Part shown: in pieces, positions 27,640 through 40,549 of the stretch
How the letters are laid out: every line of letters starts with the position of its first letter
Position numbering within the stretch: position 1 is the stretch's first letter
From: Octopus bimaculoides
Taxonomy: Eukaryota
DNA length: 64,000 nt
Direction: 5' to 3'
Assembly: GCF_001194135.2 (NCBI RefSeq)
Contig: NC_068984.1
Coordinates: forward strand, 49,237,499-49,301,498
Notes under the pieces: model-generated
Told to the model about the DNA's origin: nothing
The model's database searches: none
Seen by the model: only the letters and a program-made list of their open reading frames with translations
Program-made: the position numbers and the translations under genes

Positions 27640-28020
27640 AATTTCTTTCTCTCTTCTCACCTTGGTATTCTATTTAACCACTCTTTTGAAAATGGATTCA
27701 CCTAAGGATTTACCTAAGGATATCCCTGAGGAAGTACTAACTTAAATGGGGTTAACTGAACCCTCCGACCATCCTGAAAATAATGAACCATGATGAACCA
27801 CAACGGATATCATTAAGGAGAAGCTTTCTTTCCACTGTTTATCATTCATTTCTTCATACATTTCTCTGACGAAGAAATACTCGGTTTCTAGTCTTCAATT
27901 GATACGATGATCCAATAGCCGGAATATCCCAGAAACGGCTGTCAGAGACTATCTCTACTATCTTTACCAATTTTGTATTATTTTACTATTTTAAGATTGA
28001 ATTAAATGAATATAAGTGCC
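27640..28020 (+). mobile_element. Penelope-like element 3' end / pseudo-LTR
   Basis: Contains the hammerhead-type motif 27861-27948 preceded by a pyrimidine-rich tract; same layout as 57330-57684. Confidence 0.5.
27861..27948 (+). ncRNA. Type I hammerhead ribozyme with long, partly decayed helix II
   Basis: UUUCU-CUGACGAA-[58 nt, imperfect stem ending AGCCGGAAUAUCCCA]-GAAAC-GGCU-GUC-AGAGA. Confidence 0.5.
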
Positions 28021-28259
28021 ATAGTTCTGCCTTGAATAATTGTTTGCCTTCCTCACTACCTTAACCGGTATGTGTGTGTGGGGGGGGGGGTGCATAGTAT
28101 CCCAAAATTAAGGCAACCGACGGTTCGGGCTTTTATAGCTATCAATAAATGTGATATGAAATTTATACATCATTATAAAAGTCTTTTTATCTCTGACTAA
28201 ATAAATTCAGATTTATAGTTTAGTTAATGGCTATAAATCGAAATACAATCATAAGGAGG

Positions 28260-28560
28260 CGAACGTAAAACAGCTAACAAAATCCTTGTCTTCTGTCAGA
28301 AAACTGATTGACACAACAAAAATAAGCCGAACGTCTATATATCGAGTGCTGAAGGAGGATCTCAGGACCCGCCCCTACAAGATAGTCCACCGTCATGAGC
28401 TCACGTAAGTTTATAAGGCCATGAGACTGGAAAGAAGTCTCTTATCCTGCGTCAGATTGCTGAAGGCACGCTTCCCAGCCTGGTGTTCACTGAGGAAAAT
28501 AAATTTGTCATCGAACATACAGTAAACCACTAGAATGACCGACTTTGGAGAGTATATGCA
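28260..28560 (+). mobile_element. Tc1/mariner (maT/DD37D-like) transposase fragment
   Basis: SVRKLIDTTKISRTSIYRVLKEDLRTRPYKIVHRHELT and LVFTEENKFVIEHTVNH*NDRLW (FSDEKxF...NxQNDRVW). Confidence 0.7.
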
Positions 28561-29890
28561 ACAGTGTCAGACCAACAATCGGATTAATCATTTAGCCACT
28601 TGGTGAAATCCAGGCCACTGATGTAAAAGTTGGATAACTATAAACCAACAACTGTGATACACATCCAGCTCTACCACAAGTAATCTATATGCATATTAGT
28701 AATAGGTTGTGCATGGCTTTGTTGTCAGAGATCTTCAAGGTATCAGTAATGAAAATAACCATCTTAACTTATCTTGGATAAAAATCTATTTTGATGGATA
28801 TGTTACTGCTTCTGTGTTTTTAATCCCAGGAAAAGAAATGACATTATATCTATTGCATATTAAGGTTAGGGATGTAGATCAAAACATCTAGATGCAATAT
28901 CAATGTAATTAACGCTGAATATCTTGCCCATCCACATTATAAGGAGCTGTCAGAAAAATGTAATCACGATATTATCTACATGATATCGTGTACAAAATAT
29001 TGTACAATCCGTACAAAGTATTGTCTAGAAGCTAAAAGCTTAAGAACTTTTAGTAATGTAAGCGGTGAGACACTACTCATTTATTGTTCTTGCAATATGT
29101 CAGTAGAATGTAACCATAACGAACTAGACAAAAAGAGTAAAGAAGATGTGGAAATGGGTTGTAAAGTATGCATTAGCAAATGCTAAAATAAATGAAAAAC
29201 AAAGCAACTATTCAGGTCTAATACTTCACTCGGACTCCAGCCTTAGTTATGTACATATATAGTTATTAGATCAGGTGGATATATAACTGCCTCATTACCT
29301 ATATGTAGATGTTGGGCTTTACAAAACAAAAAAAGAATAGTACTAATGACGATATATCAGATACAAGGCATTAATAGAACTGTGAAAACATGTAAAACAT
29401 TCCGGAGGTATAGCCTGAGATAAGTGCATATAGACACATGTAAACACAAAGATATACAGATGCAATCATTTATATCTGTATTCATACGTGAGTCAAAACA
29501 TATGTACATATGCAATGATATCAATGCTTTCATACATTCATGTACAGATACATATATACATGACTTCCTTGTTGTCAAAATTTCAATGATGTTTCTGGAT
29601 TATAAAACGGCCTTTTCTCTATTGGTTTGGAATCTAAATAATACAGCTAGAACCTACATTCATAAATATATACGTACGGACATATATACACACTTGCACA
29701 CAAGCATGCGGAGATACATAAAATCCTCTGGCTACTGGAACAGAATGAGGTTCATTTGGAGCATGTCACTATTGTATTTAGTAAGATACATTTCAAAACT
29801 ACTTCAAAAACACAAAAAGAGAAACTGATAAAAAGAAATAATAAACATACAGTGTCATTGAAATCTAGCTAGCTCTCTATCTATCTAGAT

Positions 29891-30427
29891 ATATAAAGTA
29901 TAAGAGAAATTACCCATAACAGGTAACTTCTACACGCTAGAAGGCAGTCAAGAACGACCGAAAACCACAAAGTAAAACATTTCAAAGGGAAGAGAAAATA
30001 AAAACTTTTACCTCATTTCTACCAGTTAGACCTATAGGTTTTTGATTTTTTAGTAAATAAAGTAATTTACTAGGCAAATCGTCTACAGTAACCAGTCGTC
30101 AAGGAAACTGCCGACGGAAACTGCCTCTGCGCAGTGGATTATAGGAAAAGTAGAATGTATATTTGAGAAGACATGTGCTTATGGCCTCCTGTCTTGTAGA
30201 TATACCTTAATTCCCTGACGGCTGGTTACTGCAAACGATTTGACTAGTAAATTACTTTTATTTACTAAAAAATCAGAAACCTATAGGTCTAACCGGTAGA
30301 AATAAGGTAAAAGTTTTTATTTTCTCTCCCCTTTGAAATGTTTTACTTTGTGGTTTTCGGTCGTTTTTGACTGCCTTCTAGCGTGTAGAAGTTACCTGTT
30401 ATGGGTAATTTCTCTTATACTTTATAT
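29891..30427. repeat. Foldback element: ~217-bp inverted arms, 103-bp spacer
   Basis: Arm 29891-30107 vs reverse complement of 30211-30427: about 10-11 differences by eye, outer ~60 bp identical. Confidence 0.95.
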
Positions 30428-30530
30428 TGAATATGTTGTTTATTGACTTTTTTTACATGCTAGGCTACTGGTAGTATAACTCTATATAGTTTTGCTACCC
30501 TTCTTATATGTATATCTATCTAGCTAGCTA

Positions 30531-30591
<61 letters not shown>

Positions 30592-30742
30592 GGCAGANNN
30601 NNNNNNNNNNNNNNNNNNNNNNNNNNNNNNNNNNNNNNNNNNNNNNNNNNNNNNNNNNNNNNNNNNNNNNNNNNNNNNNNNNNNNNNNNNNNNNNNNNNN
30701 NNNNNNNNNNNNNNNNNNNNNNNNNNNNNNNNNNNNNNNNNN

Positions 30743-30783
<41 letters not shown>

Positions 30784-31439
30784 CTCTGTTTCTCACGTAC
30801 TCACTTCATGTTTTATTATATTTGAATGTTACCCATAGAATATTATATAGGATACATAACAATATAATACCATTCGTATGACATACACACATATCACTCC
30901 GAGAATTTCAGACAAACAATATATATATGACGCGGTGGGTATTCGCGTAGATGTGTGATGAAACGAGAAACAATAAAAATACAAAATATAAAACTAGGTA
31001 ATAAACCAGAAGTATTAGCTAAATGCTACCATTTATAACGATTGAAAGCAATAAGGAAATGCTGTATAACATTGGATTCAGATTAGTTAACTTAGCTAAA
31101 TCCTAGGCAGGATTATTCAGGGAACAGATTCTAAGTAATATTAACTATCGCATTATAAAATTCAAGTCTACGACAATGAAGTAGTTGTAATGATGTGTTC
31201 TCATCGGTTTTTAAAGTTTCTCGGTATGAAAAGAGCTGGTTTCTAGCAAATGTACAAAGCTATTTGAAATACAGAAAACAAAAACAACGTAAAATTTCTA
31301 TTTTAAGTAAAGCATACTTTTTTTTATTGTTCCACCTACATATTGTATTCGTAATATCCGAGTTATCTCGTTGATTAATTTTTCTGTAAACCCTAGCTTT
31401 TCCAGATTGTTACTCTAGCATTTACTCTCGAAAAGAAGT

Positions 31440-32350
31440 GCATCAATAATTATCCGTATGAAGGTAAATCTATAATCTTAGCACAAAAGCTGAAGGTTTT
31501 GAAGCAGTTGTTCATAGTTATACTATTTCTCTATGATTTAGGAAAAGATATTCACATTAGCAGGATACCTGACCTCTATGACGGTACATACGCGTTGGGC
31601 GGTATAACCTTAGTGACATTTCTGGGCAACTGCTTTTTACATGTGATGTCCACAGAAATGTGGCCTTATCAACATTTTCAGTTGTATCCTGAGACTCCAA
31701 GGGCTTCCCTCTTTTTTTGCTTGTAAGCTATTATGTAGCAATCTCCTGTGCTTCGAAGTGTGATGTAGGATTCACGAATCCAAGAAAGACTGCACTTCAC
31801 GTCCATTTTAATGTTATCTTCAAGTCTTCGCGAAAATATCCATGCATGACATTTTTTTTTTCTTATGCAGAGCGTTTTACACTCTGGTCTTCTTTGAGTT
31901 ACATTAGTCCGGCTGTTCTGGAGTTGTGTGGTCGATCATCAGGAAGAGAATGCTTCCTAAAGAGCTCACGGCTGACACTCAGGACGTTGTTCCCTTCGCC
32001 TTTCAACACTAGGCTAATATATCTATATATATATATCTATTTATGCTGTTGTTGTTAGCAGATATGGAGATTCTTTACATTATATGGCAGTCATTTCTGA
32101 TGTAAAGACTTTATCGGCATCATGTCTTCCTTAGTAGAGCATGTCAAAAACAATGTCATATATTTGCATATTTGTCCCCGTTCCGATTTGCGCTGTGTAC
32201 ATGGTACTGAAGAGCTGCAAAAATAATGAAATATCGATATCTCTCCTTCTCGTTCACCTTGAGGGAGAGTTGTCTCACTTGGTCTGTGACATTCAGTATC
32301 TGTAGGCAATCTGACGACGGCTTAACTGGCAGAACTATCGAAGTCATTGT
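31440..32350 (-). mobile_element. Highly decayed RTE-like LINE 3' region
   Basis: Faint DKVFTSE (DKVxNxE), DDRP...GL...KR (DxRxPK...G) and C-terminal Cys/His remnants; many stops. Confidence 0.35.
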
Positions 32351-32464
32351 CAATAATATTCTTCTTTAAGAAATAGAATTGTGTTCTACTAAAGTATGGA
32401 GTAACCTATCAGATTAACATAAAATTGTTGTTATTATAACTGATATGTATATATATATATACAT

Positions 32465-32719
32465 TACAAAAATAAGAGGAATGACCAGAAAAAGTGGACT
32501 CCTATATGCTAGAAATAGATGCCGAATCATCTAACCACTAAAAAATATGTTCTCAGTAATTTTTTTTTATTTAGTATTTTTTCATTTGTCTTGCCCTTTC
32601 ACAGTCTGTTGTGTCGCTAATTTTTTACTGAGAACATATTTTTTCGTGGTTAGATGATTCGACATCTATTTCTAGCATATAGGAGTCCACTTTTGCTGGT
32701 CATTCCTCTTATTTTTGTA
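32465..32719. repeat. Foldback/MITE: 95-bp inverted arms, 65-bp spacer
   Basis: 32465-32559 vs reverse complement of 32625-32719: 3 mismatches; ends TA...TA. Confidence 0.95.
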
Positions 32720-33489
32720 TGTAATATAATTTTAATCTTCGGATTTTTTTTAATATGCTAGACCACTGATTTTAATTGATTAATATCAATTTCTACCCTT
32801 ATTAATAAATTTTATATATACATTATGTATATACATATATAGATGCATACACACATTATATATACATACACACATAGACACATATGTACACAAATGAATA
32901 AAGAAACAGACAGACAGAGAGCTTTCATAGGTCTAACTCACGAAACATTCGTCCTTGAGTAACTTTCGTAGCTTTACAGCTAAATACTAATAGAATACAT
33001 ATATACCATACACGTCCTCAGCAATCGTGTATCTCTGTTTGTTAATTATTTTATATACAATGAACACAATAAAATCTTTATAAGAATTTATCAAGTAGTT
33101 AGCGTGAAAAAAATCATACAGGAAAAATTTATTAATGATTTATTATAAATATATTTATTTATATTAAAGGCATTACTATACATAAATGCCTCACGCTAGG
33201 AGGGACTCTTAAAATCAAAACTGCCATAATAAACACATTTTCCCGAACGCGAGGAAATGCAACTCTCGAAGCGAGCCTTTTAAAATCAGACTCAGCTACA
33301 TATCATATGATTTCATAATTAGGGCACAAAATGCACTTTTTTAATCGTCAGTGCAAGCATAGTCAAGCATATAAAAATAAACAAAAATCCACATACCAGA
33401 CGAACACCATATATATACATATTCTTTTAATCTTTTATTTGTTTCAGTCATTTGACTGCGGTGATGCTGGAGTATCGTCATTAATATTT

Positions 33490-34160
33490 TTTGTAAGCTT
33501 ATAAGCGGTCACCGTGAATTGACTAAAAAAATAATCTAATATCTAATAAAAAATAATCTAAAAAAATAATCTAATAAGTCCTCGACAAAGAAAAAGCGTG
33601 AATTTTCCGTATTCGAACCCACACGTTATGTTTTCATGACAAGTGTGCTACCATTTACACCAGCCTAAGCATCTGCTCCTGCCCCGCAGATTTAGAACTA
33701 TAATTTCATAGAGTTATTTTTTTATAAACAAGCCATCATATGCGTTCTCTGCGACGATTTGATAAGGGCTGACGAATTCTTACAATTTTGTAAATAAAAA
33801 TATTTTTTTTATACGCTTAAAGCTTATAGTCGGTTACTGTGAATTGACTAAAGGAAATAGTCTAATATTGAGGTATATACGACCGTGACGTAAAAATATA
33901 TTACGTTTATAAATAAAAAACAACTCTGTGAAATTATAGTGCTAAATCTGACGTGAAAGGAGCAGGTGGGTACGTTGGTGTAAATGGTAGCACACTTGTC
34001 CCGGAAATACAGAGGTGTGGGTTCGACTCCCACGCGTACGGAAAACCTCTTGGGGTATACTGGTCTTAAATAGCCCAATATTAGACTATTCTCTGTAGTC
34101 AATACACTTATATTATTATTATTTACGCTGCTTATCAAATCATCCCAGAAAACGCATATA
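33490..34160. mobile_element. Tandem plus inverted repeat built from a ~330-bp unit containing a tRNA-like head
   Basis: tRNA-like GTACGTTGGTGTAAATGGTAGCAC...GTGGGTTCGACTCCCACGCGTAC at ~33972-34048(+); inverted copy ~33610-33670; direct repeat AAGCTTATA...GTGAATTGACTAAA at ~33494 and ~33820. Confidence 0.75.
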
Positions 34161-36070
34161 TATATATACATATATATATATTTAACTTAAATAACTTAGA
34201 TTGGTTCTGGTCATTATCGATCGGGACATAACTAACTTAATAACAACACCCGGAGAGGTTTTTTAAACTATGTTTCGAGCTATCATGGACCACTCGAGCA
34301 AAGAGTTGTTGACTGAAAAGTATCCAGGTGTTGTTCATTTGTTTCGTACTTCCTGAGTGAATTTATCTAGGTAAAGTCGCTATGTTCTTATGTGATGTGA
34401 ACTCGGCTGTTGGTTGGTTGGTTGGTATTGCTCACTTTTATTTCAAGATTTCTTGCCAATAGAGAAAATGTCGGTTTCGAACTTAGATTCAAGGCTCTTT
34501 CATTGGAATTTCAACATCAACAACAGGGTATTTTTGTTTGTATGTATGTATGTATATGTGCAGATTTGTATGTTTTGCTCTGTCTTTGTATTCTCATGCG
34601 TATAGTTGCATATCTAAACATGCTCATATATATTTAAATGATAAACTTCTGGAATGTTTTACAGATTTTTACAGTTCCAGTGGATTGGTAGTCTTCGAAT
34701 TAGCTTTCTCCTTGCTGGTTTTGAGAAGCCTAATTTTTCAAGATTGGCATTTAGGGCCCCAATAATTGCAGGTATAAATCTTAATTTGTTATTTGGATAG
34801 AGTAACTGCAGATTTCTCTTAGTTCGGTGTATGTATGTATGTATGTATGTATGTATGTATGCACGCATGCATATTGTTACCCAGAGCCATCTGATCAAGA
34901 AATAAACTTCTCACCACACAGCCACACCTGGATGGATGGATGGATGGATGGATGGATGGATGGATGGATGGATGGATGGATGGATGGATGGATATTGTTG
35001 TGTCTCTTACTAGATTATTTTCTCTCTCTTAATTTCTCTTCGTAAGATACTGCTATTCATTTGATTTGGCCCCTAACCTATTTTCTCTAACTTTCAATCT
35101 TATAGTCACAGTTATCTTTTTTCCTTCCAACAGTTAATTGAAGTCTTTTAATTACAAACTTCTCCCTAACCAATACCACTCCTATTCTCTTTCCATTTCC
35201 TCTTTCACATTATACTTCTTACTATAACCTCTCTAACCTTATCGTTCTTTTCCCACTGAACCTATATATATTTATAAACACTGTTCTCCACTAGGCTATT
35301 TGCCAGTGCCTTCTAATAAAATTAACATGACTTTTCATCATGGTTGTTTCAAAATCCGTGTCATTCCTTACATATACAATGTTATAGGAACCCATTACAT
35401 AATATACCTGGTTATGGCACCAGTCATCGTTTACCCGAAACAGCTATAAACATTAGACTTGATTACATTTATTTGTGTATACAAATTTGTATGAGTACGC
35501 TGTACGTTTACTATTTTTGTTACTCCTTTCTGCGTATAGATATATGAATCAACTAAGACATGTTTAAAATAATCTTACATGCATGTATGTATGTCAATGT
35601 ATACGTATATATGAATATATATTAAGTAGGCATACATTTTTTGTATTCTGGTAATCGACCGACCATTAAAATTTATTGTTAGAAATTTAGTTTCCGGTAA
35701 ATATGTTTTATATGCTTTACTTTATAAATTACGCTAATTTCTGCATAAAAATATGATTAACATCTACAGACATGCAAGCAAATCTTTGCTTCAGTATAAA
35801 TTCATACTCACACATACACACAAGTTTACATATATATATATATACTTCTAAGTGCGCGCGCACGCATATTTTTGAGCATTCTTGTATTGCATGACAACAG
35901 ACGTTAAAAATCTTTGCATCTATGTATATATATTTTTAACACCCCTCATGCTAAATGTTCGTCACACCTATATGACTTTTTGTAATTTCACAAAGGATTG
36001 GGCATGCATTTATGTATATATGCTTATGTATACGTAACTAGATTGTAAAATATATTTGTGATTATGCATG

Positions 36071-36155
<85 letters not shown>

Positions 36156-36519
36156 GTATTCTTTTACTTCTTTCAGTCATTTGACTGCAGCCATGTTGAA
36201 GCACCGCCTTTAGTCGAACAAATCAACCCCTGAACGTATTCTTTGTAAGCCTAGTACTTATTCTATCAGTCACTTTCGCTGGAACGCTAAGATACGGGAA
36301 CGTAAACGCACCAACATCAGTTGTCAAGCGATGGTGGGGGGACAGACACAGACACACAAATATATACACACACGCACGCACAAACATACACACATACTAC
36401 AGAATTCTTTCAGTTTCCATCTACCAAACCAACTCACAAAGCTTTGATCGGCCCGAGGTGCAACGCAGTAGGACTGAATCCGGAACTATGTGGTTGGGAA
36501 ACAAGCTTACATATATATA

Positions 36520-38064
36520 CATGGGTTGGACAAAATAATGGAAACATCTAGCATCATAGCATCATAATTTTGAAATATCTATAAAACTACCAAAAGATTG
36601 TTTATTTTTATGTTGTTTGATTTATTATTGTTGCTTAATATGCTTTCCTAAAATTGCTGTTTCTTTTCAGATATCATCAGAAAAAGGTAATTAAAATTCA
36701 TTAAAATTACAGATCTATCGGACTTTCAAAGAGGTCAACTTGCTGGTGCTTGTATCGCAGGTTCTTGCGTAACAAAAACGGCCGCAATGTTTGGTTTATC
36801 AAGGCGGTGAGCTGGCAGAAACGTTAGCACGCCGGGCGAAATGCTTAGCAGTATTTTGTCTGCCGTTACGTTCTGTGTTCAAATTCCGCTGAGGTCGACT
36901 TAGCCTTTCATCCTTTCGGGGTTGATTAAATAAGTACCAGTTACGCACTGGGGTCGATATAATCGACTTAATCCGTTTGTCTGTCCTTGTTTGTCCCCTC
37001 TGTGTATAGCCCCTTGTGGGCAGTAAACAAATAAGAAGTACTTTCTCGAAAGTAATGACAGCCTTTGAGAAAGAGAGAAAATCCTGCTCGTCGGACAAAA
37101 CTCCGGAAGAAAACCAAAACTTTCAGATTGGGGATGTTGGACTCTTACACGAATTGTTAGAAAGGACAGAAAAGTACAGCTCCCAAAATTACTACAGAGC
37201 TTAAATACCACCTCGAGAACCCAGTTCCCACAAAAACTGTTCACTGGGAGATTAATGACCACCTTGAGAACCCAGTTCCCGCAAAAAACTGTTCGCCGAG
37301 AGCTACACAAAACCGAATTTCATGGGAAGGCTGCAATCAGAAAACCACTACTTTCAAATACAAACGTTGCAAAGCGTTTAGAGTGGTGCAAAAACCTACA
37401 GAATTGGTCCCTAGAAAAGTGGAAGAATGTTATTTTCTCGGACATCCTTTACCTTATTTCCGACCACCGGCTGAGTATACGCATGGAGACAGCCAAAAGA
37501 AGTATTAGACCCAGACTGCCTTCTTCCGACTGTTAAACATAGAGGAGGATCTGTAATGATTTGGGTGGCTATATCTTGGGAATCCGCCAGCCCAATGGTT
37601 TCCCTTCATAGCAGAATTAATAGTTAAAACTATTTAAGCATTTTATCTGATCAAATTCATCCTATGGTTGCAGAACTGTTTCCGGAGGGAAACGCTATCT
37701 TTCAGGATAATAATGCACCAATTCATACAGCTGAAGTTGTTACTGAAAAGCACCAGGAACATTCAAGTGAAGTTGAACATCTTATCTGGCCATTACAGTC
37801 ACCAGGTCTCAATATTATTGAACATTTATGGTGCATTTTAGAAAAATAAGTAAGGAGTCGATATCCTCCAACAACATCACTACAAGAACTGGTGACTATT
37901 GTGGCTAAAAATGGACAAGAATTCCTTTGGAAACAATTCAAACATTGTACGAATCCATACCTTGTAGAATTCAAACTGTAATTACTGCCAAAGGCGGTCC
38001 TACCTCATATTAAATAAATTTGTTTGAAATTTTAAAGTGTTTCCATTATTTTGTCCAACCCCTG
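36520..38064 (+). mobile_element. Full-length decayed Tc1-like transposon (DD34E) with a nested SINE
   Basis: 27-bp TIRs CATGGGTTGGACAAAATAATGGAAACA / TGTTTCCATTATTTTGTCCAACCCCTG (1 mismatch), TA flanks; DLSDFQRGQLAGA...KTAAMFGLS|RSTFSKV, WKNVIFSD, FQDNNAP, PGLNIIEHLW. Confidence 0.95.
36802..37034 (+). mobile_element. SINE family A inserted in the Tc1 transposase
   Basis: Complete head, central domain and TTGTCCCCTCTGTGTATAGCCCCTTGTGGGCAGTAAACAAATAA tail; removing it rejoins the transposase frame. Confidence 0.92.
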
Positions 38065-38084
38065 TATATATATAAATATATAAA

Positions 38085-38153
<69 letters not shown>

Positions 38154-38789
38154 CATATATATGTGTATGTATATATGTGTGCGCGTGTGTATATATGTGT
38201 GTGTATACTCTTATTCTTACTTTTTATTGATTTCAGGTGTCGGACCGCAGTTTTGATGGGCTAAAACTATTAAGCATTTCACTCGATCATATAAACCCCA
38301 ATTGTTATTTTAGTCCGGTACATTCTTTATAATTTTTAATTAGTTTCAGTTGAAAAGTTACATTTCATTCTTTTTTTTTTCTATAAGGTGTGTCATGCTA
38401 AGCAAAAATTCAGACAATCGCTTACACGTACACAAGCATGTATGTATATGTGTGCATGTCTGTCTGTCTGTGTATATTAATATATGTGTATATATAAGTA
38501 CAACCATATATGTGTATGTGTTTAAGTGTATAGACACATATACATATAAATACAAACATAAATATGTGTATATATTTACATGTACATGTACAGAAAGGGA
38601 GAGGGAGAGAGAGACTTATATGGTTATATTTTAACACACTGCATTTTATGCAACAAGAAAACTAGGGCGCCCAAAAAAATGTATATGCGCAGTGTATGAT
38701 AATTAATTCAGTGCTTATTAATATCCATTACTTGTTCAAAACATTGTGCAATCTACAAACAGTATTTAAATTTGTCATGAACGTGTTTT

Positions 38790-39700
38790 CATTCTGCGAA
38801 GCGTCCTGGTACGAAATGAGTTCAGTTCAGGGGACATTAAAGCATTAAAATCCATGTCTCACAACTATAAAGAAGGACAGGGAGGACCAGAGACTTAAAG
38901 ACACAAATCTTTGTCCTCTTGCTCAGATATCTACAGCACCAAACACTCTTGTCCAATGAGTCCACAACTCCACCAGCTCGTGTAAGTCTTTTTAGTAATT
39001 CAGGCTAACTGCTAATGCTGCTGTGAATCTCACTGCCGAGATGAGTGAAGCTATCAGTATCTTCGACCTTTTCACCAGTAATGGAGACAGACGAGGTGGA
39101 GTCCGCCGAGAAGCCAACAAAAGACTGGATCTTTGTCTTGATCCAAGGGACTCTAACGCCAAGAGGTTCCGCTTCTCCACTCTATGAAATGAGAGCGCTT
39201 CTTAAAACATCCAGAGACTCAGTAAAAATAACTACGTCATCGCCAACACTTCCTTTCACCAATGAGTGCACCACAACTCGATCGAGCCGCCATTTGGCCA
39301 AGTATCTAATTCATGAATGCATTGAACGGAGTGGGATTCAATACATAACCATGATAGACTCCTGTTACTTGTATGATTCAGGAACGCAAGTTCAGACTGT
39401 TGAGCAATGTTGCTCGATTTTCCGAGGTAGACTCTGCTTACCATGTTCTCTTCACTGCGGATCCGGATGGATGGATGAATGGCTCGCGCTGGTCGACCAC
39501 ATGCCACATGCTCACAGCAGATGACAAGGTATCTCGTTAAGATGGTGACTGACTGGAGCTCTGCATGACGGGTCGCCCGGGAGGATCTGAGAATATACTC
39601 GCAAATAGTGAATGCAGCAAAGCGCTGCTACGGTGCAAGCCCCTATACGTGAACTGATCTGACTCTTTTCAAACTGACGACCATTTTTGTCCACTTACTG
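38790..39700 (-). mobile_element. Decayed RTE-clade LINE RT fragment
   Basis: DDVVIFTESLDVL, FTHLGSEI, SVWCCRYLSKRTKICVFKSLVLPVLLYSCETW. Confidence 0.85.
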
Positions 39701-40499
39701 CTTATAACACAAAGTAATGGAATTGCAAACATCATAAAGTATTTCGTTCGGTATTTGCACGCGCTCTCGTTCAGTGGTTGTCTTTAATTCGTCGATAGTT
39801 GGCGATTCCGTACCGTAAATCTTATCATTTAAATGTACACCGCCATCCTAGAGACACACACAGAAATAGTCAAGTGGTGTGAATTCATTTGGACACGGAT
39901 GATATTCCACTATATCTGTTCGTGCAATCCACCAATTTTGAAAAATTCTTATCAGGGGAGAAGCCCTTACATTACTCTGAAAATGTAAGGGTGTCTCACT
40001 TTGCTGGAAAAAAAACCGCACCTTTAAAGTTCTCTTGAATATTTGACTTTATGTTCAAGCAAATGGGCTCAGTCAACAAAGAATGGTCTAACAAATCCTT
40101 TTGATGACAAGTCACCACATACTCTAACTCTTGGTAAATTAAAATGCTGTTCCTCTGTAATATGCGGATTTTCATGTTCTCAGTAGGTGCAGTTTTGGCA
40201 GTAAATTGAGCTGTTTATTTTAAATGAGCCTCATCACTCCAAACAGAGTGTATTTTCTACACATCTTGCCAAGGACCACTCGCAAAACTTCACTCTTCAG
40301 TTCGATTTATTTTCATCAGGATAACTGACTTTACTTGGAATGTAACATCCTCAATGACAGTGCTTCAAATAGAGTGGACACATGTTTTGCTTTTTTTTTT
40401 AAACTCAGATAATACGTTTCTACTACCCTTCCAGCATTGTGGGGCTCGTCAGTGTCCATGGTTTTCCAGAACCTTTTTTGTAAGCATTCTGAACAGCTA

Positions 40500-40549
<50 letters not shown>

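Noticed and set aside
28640-29200. Possible very old RTE remnant (also 50590-50900)
   Set aside because: Only isolated short motif resemblances; not supportable without a profile search.
33972-34048. Functional tRNA gene
   Set aside because: Anticodon arm is irregular and the sequence is part of a repeated unit with a decayed inverted copy; treated as tRNA-derived.
39045-39524. 159-aa plus-strand ORF as a host gene
   Set aside because: Antisense shadow of the minus-strand RTE RT remnant.
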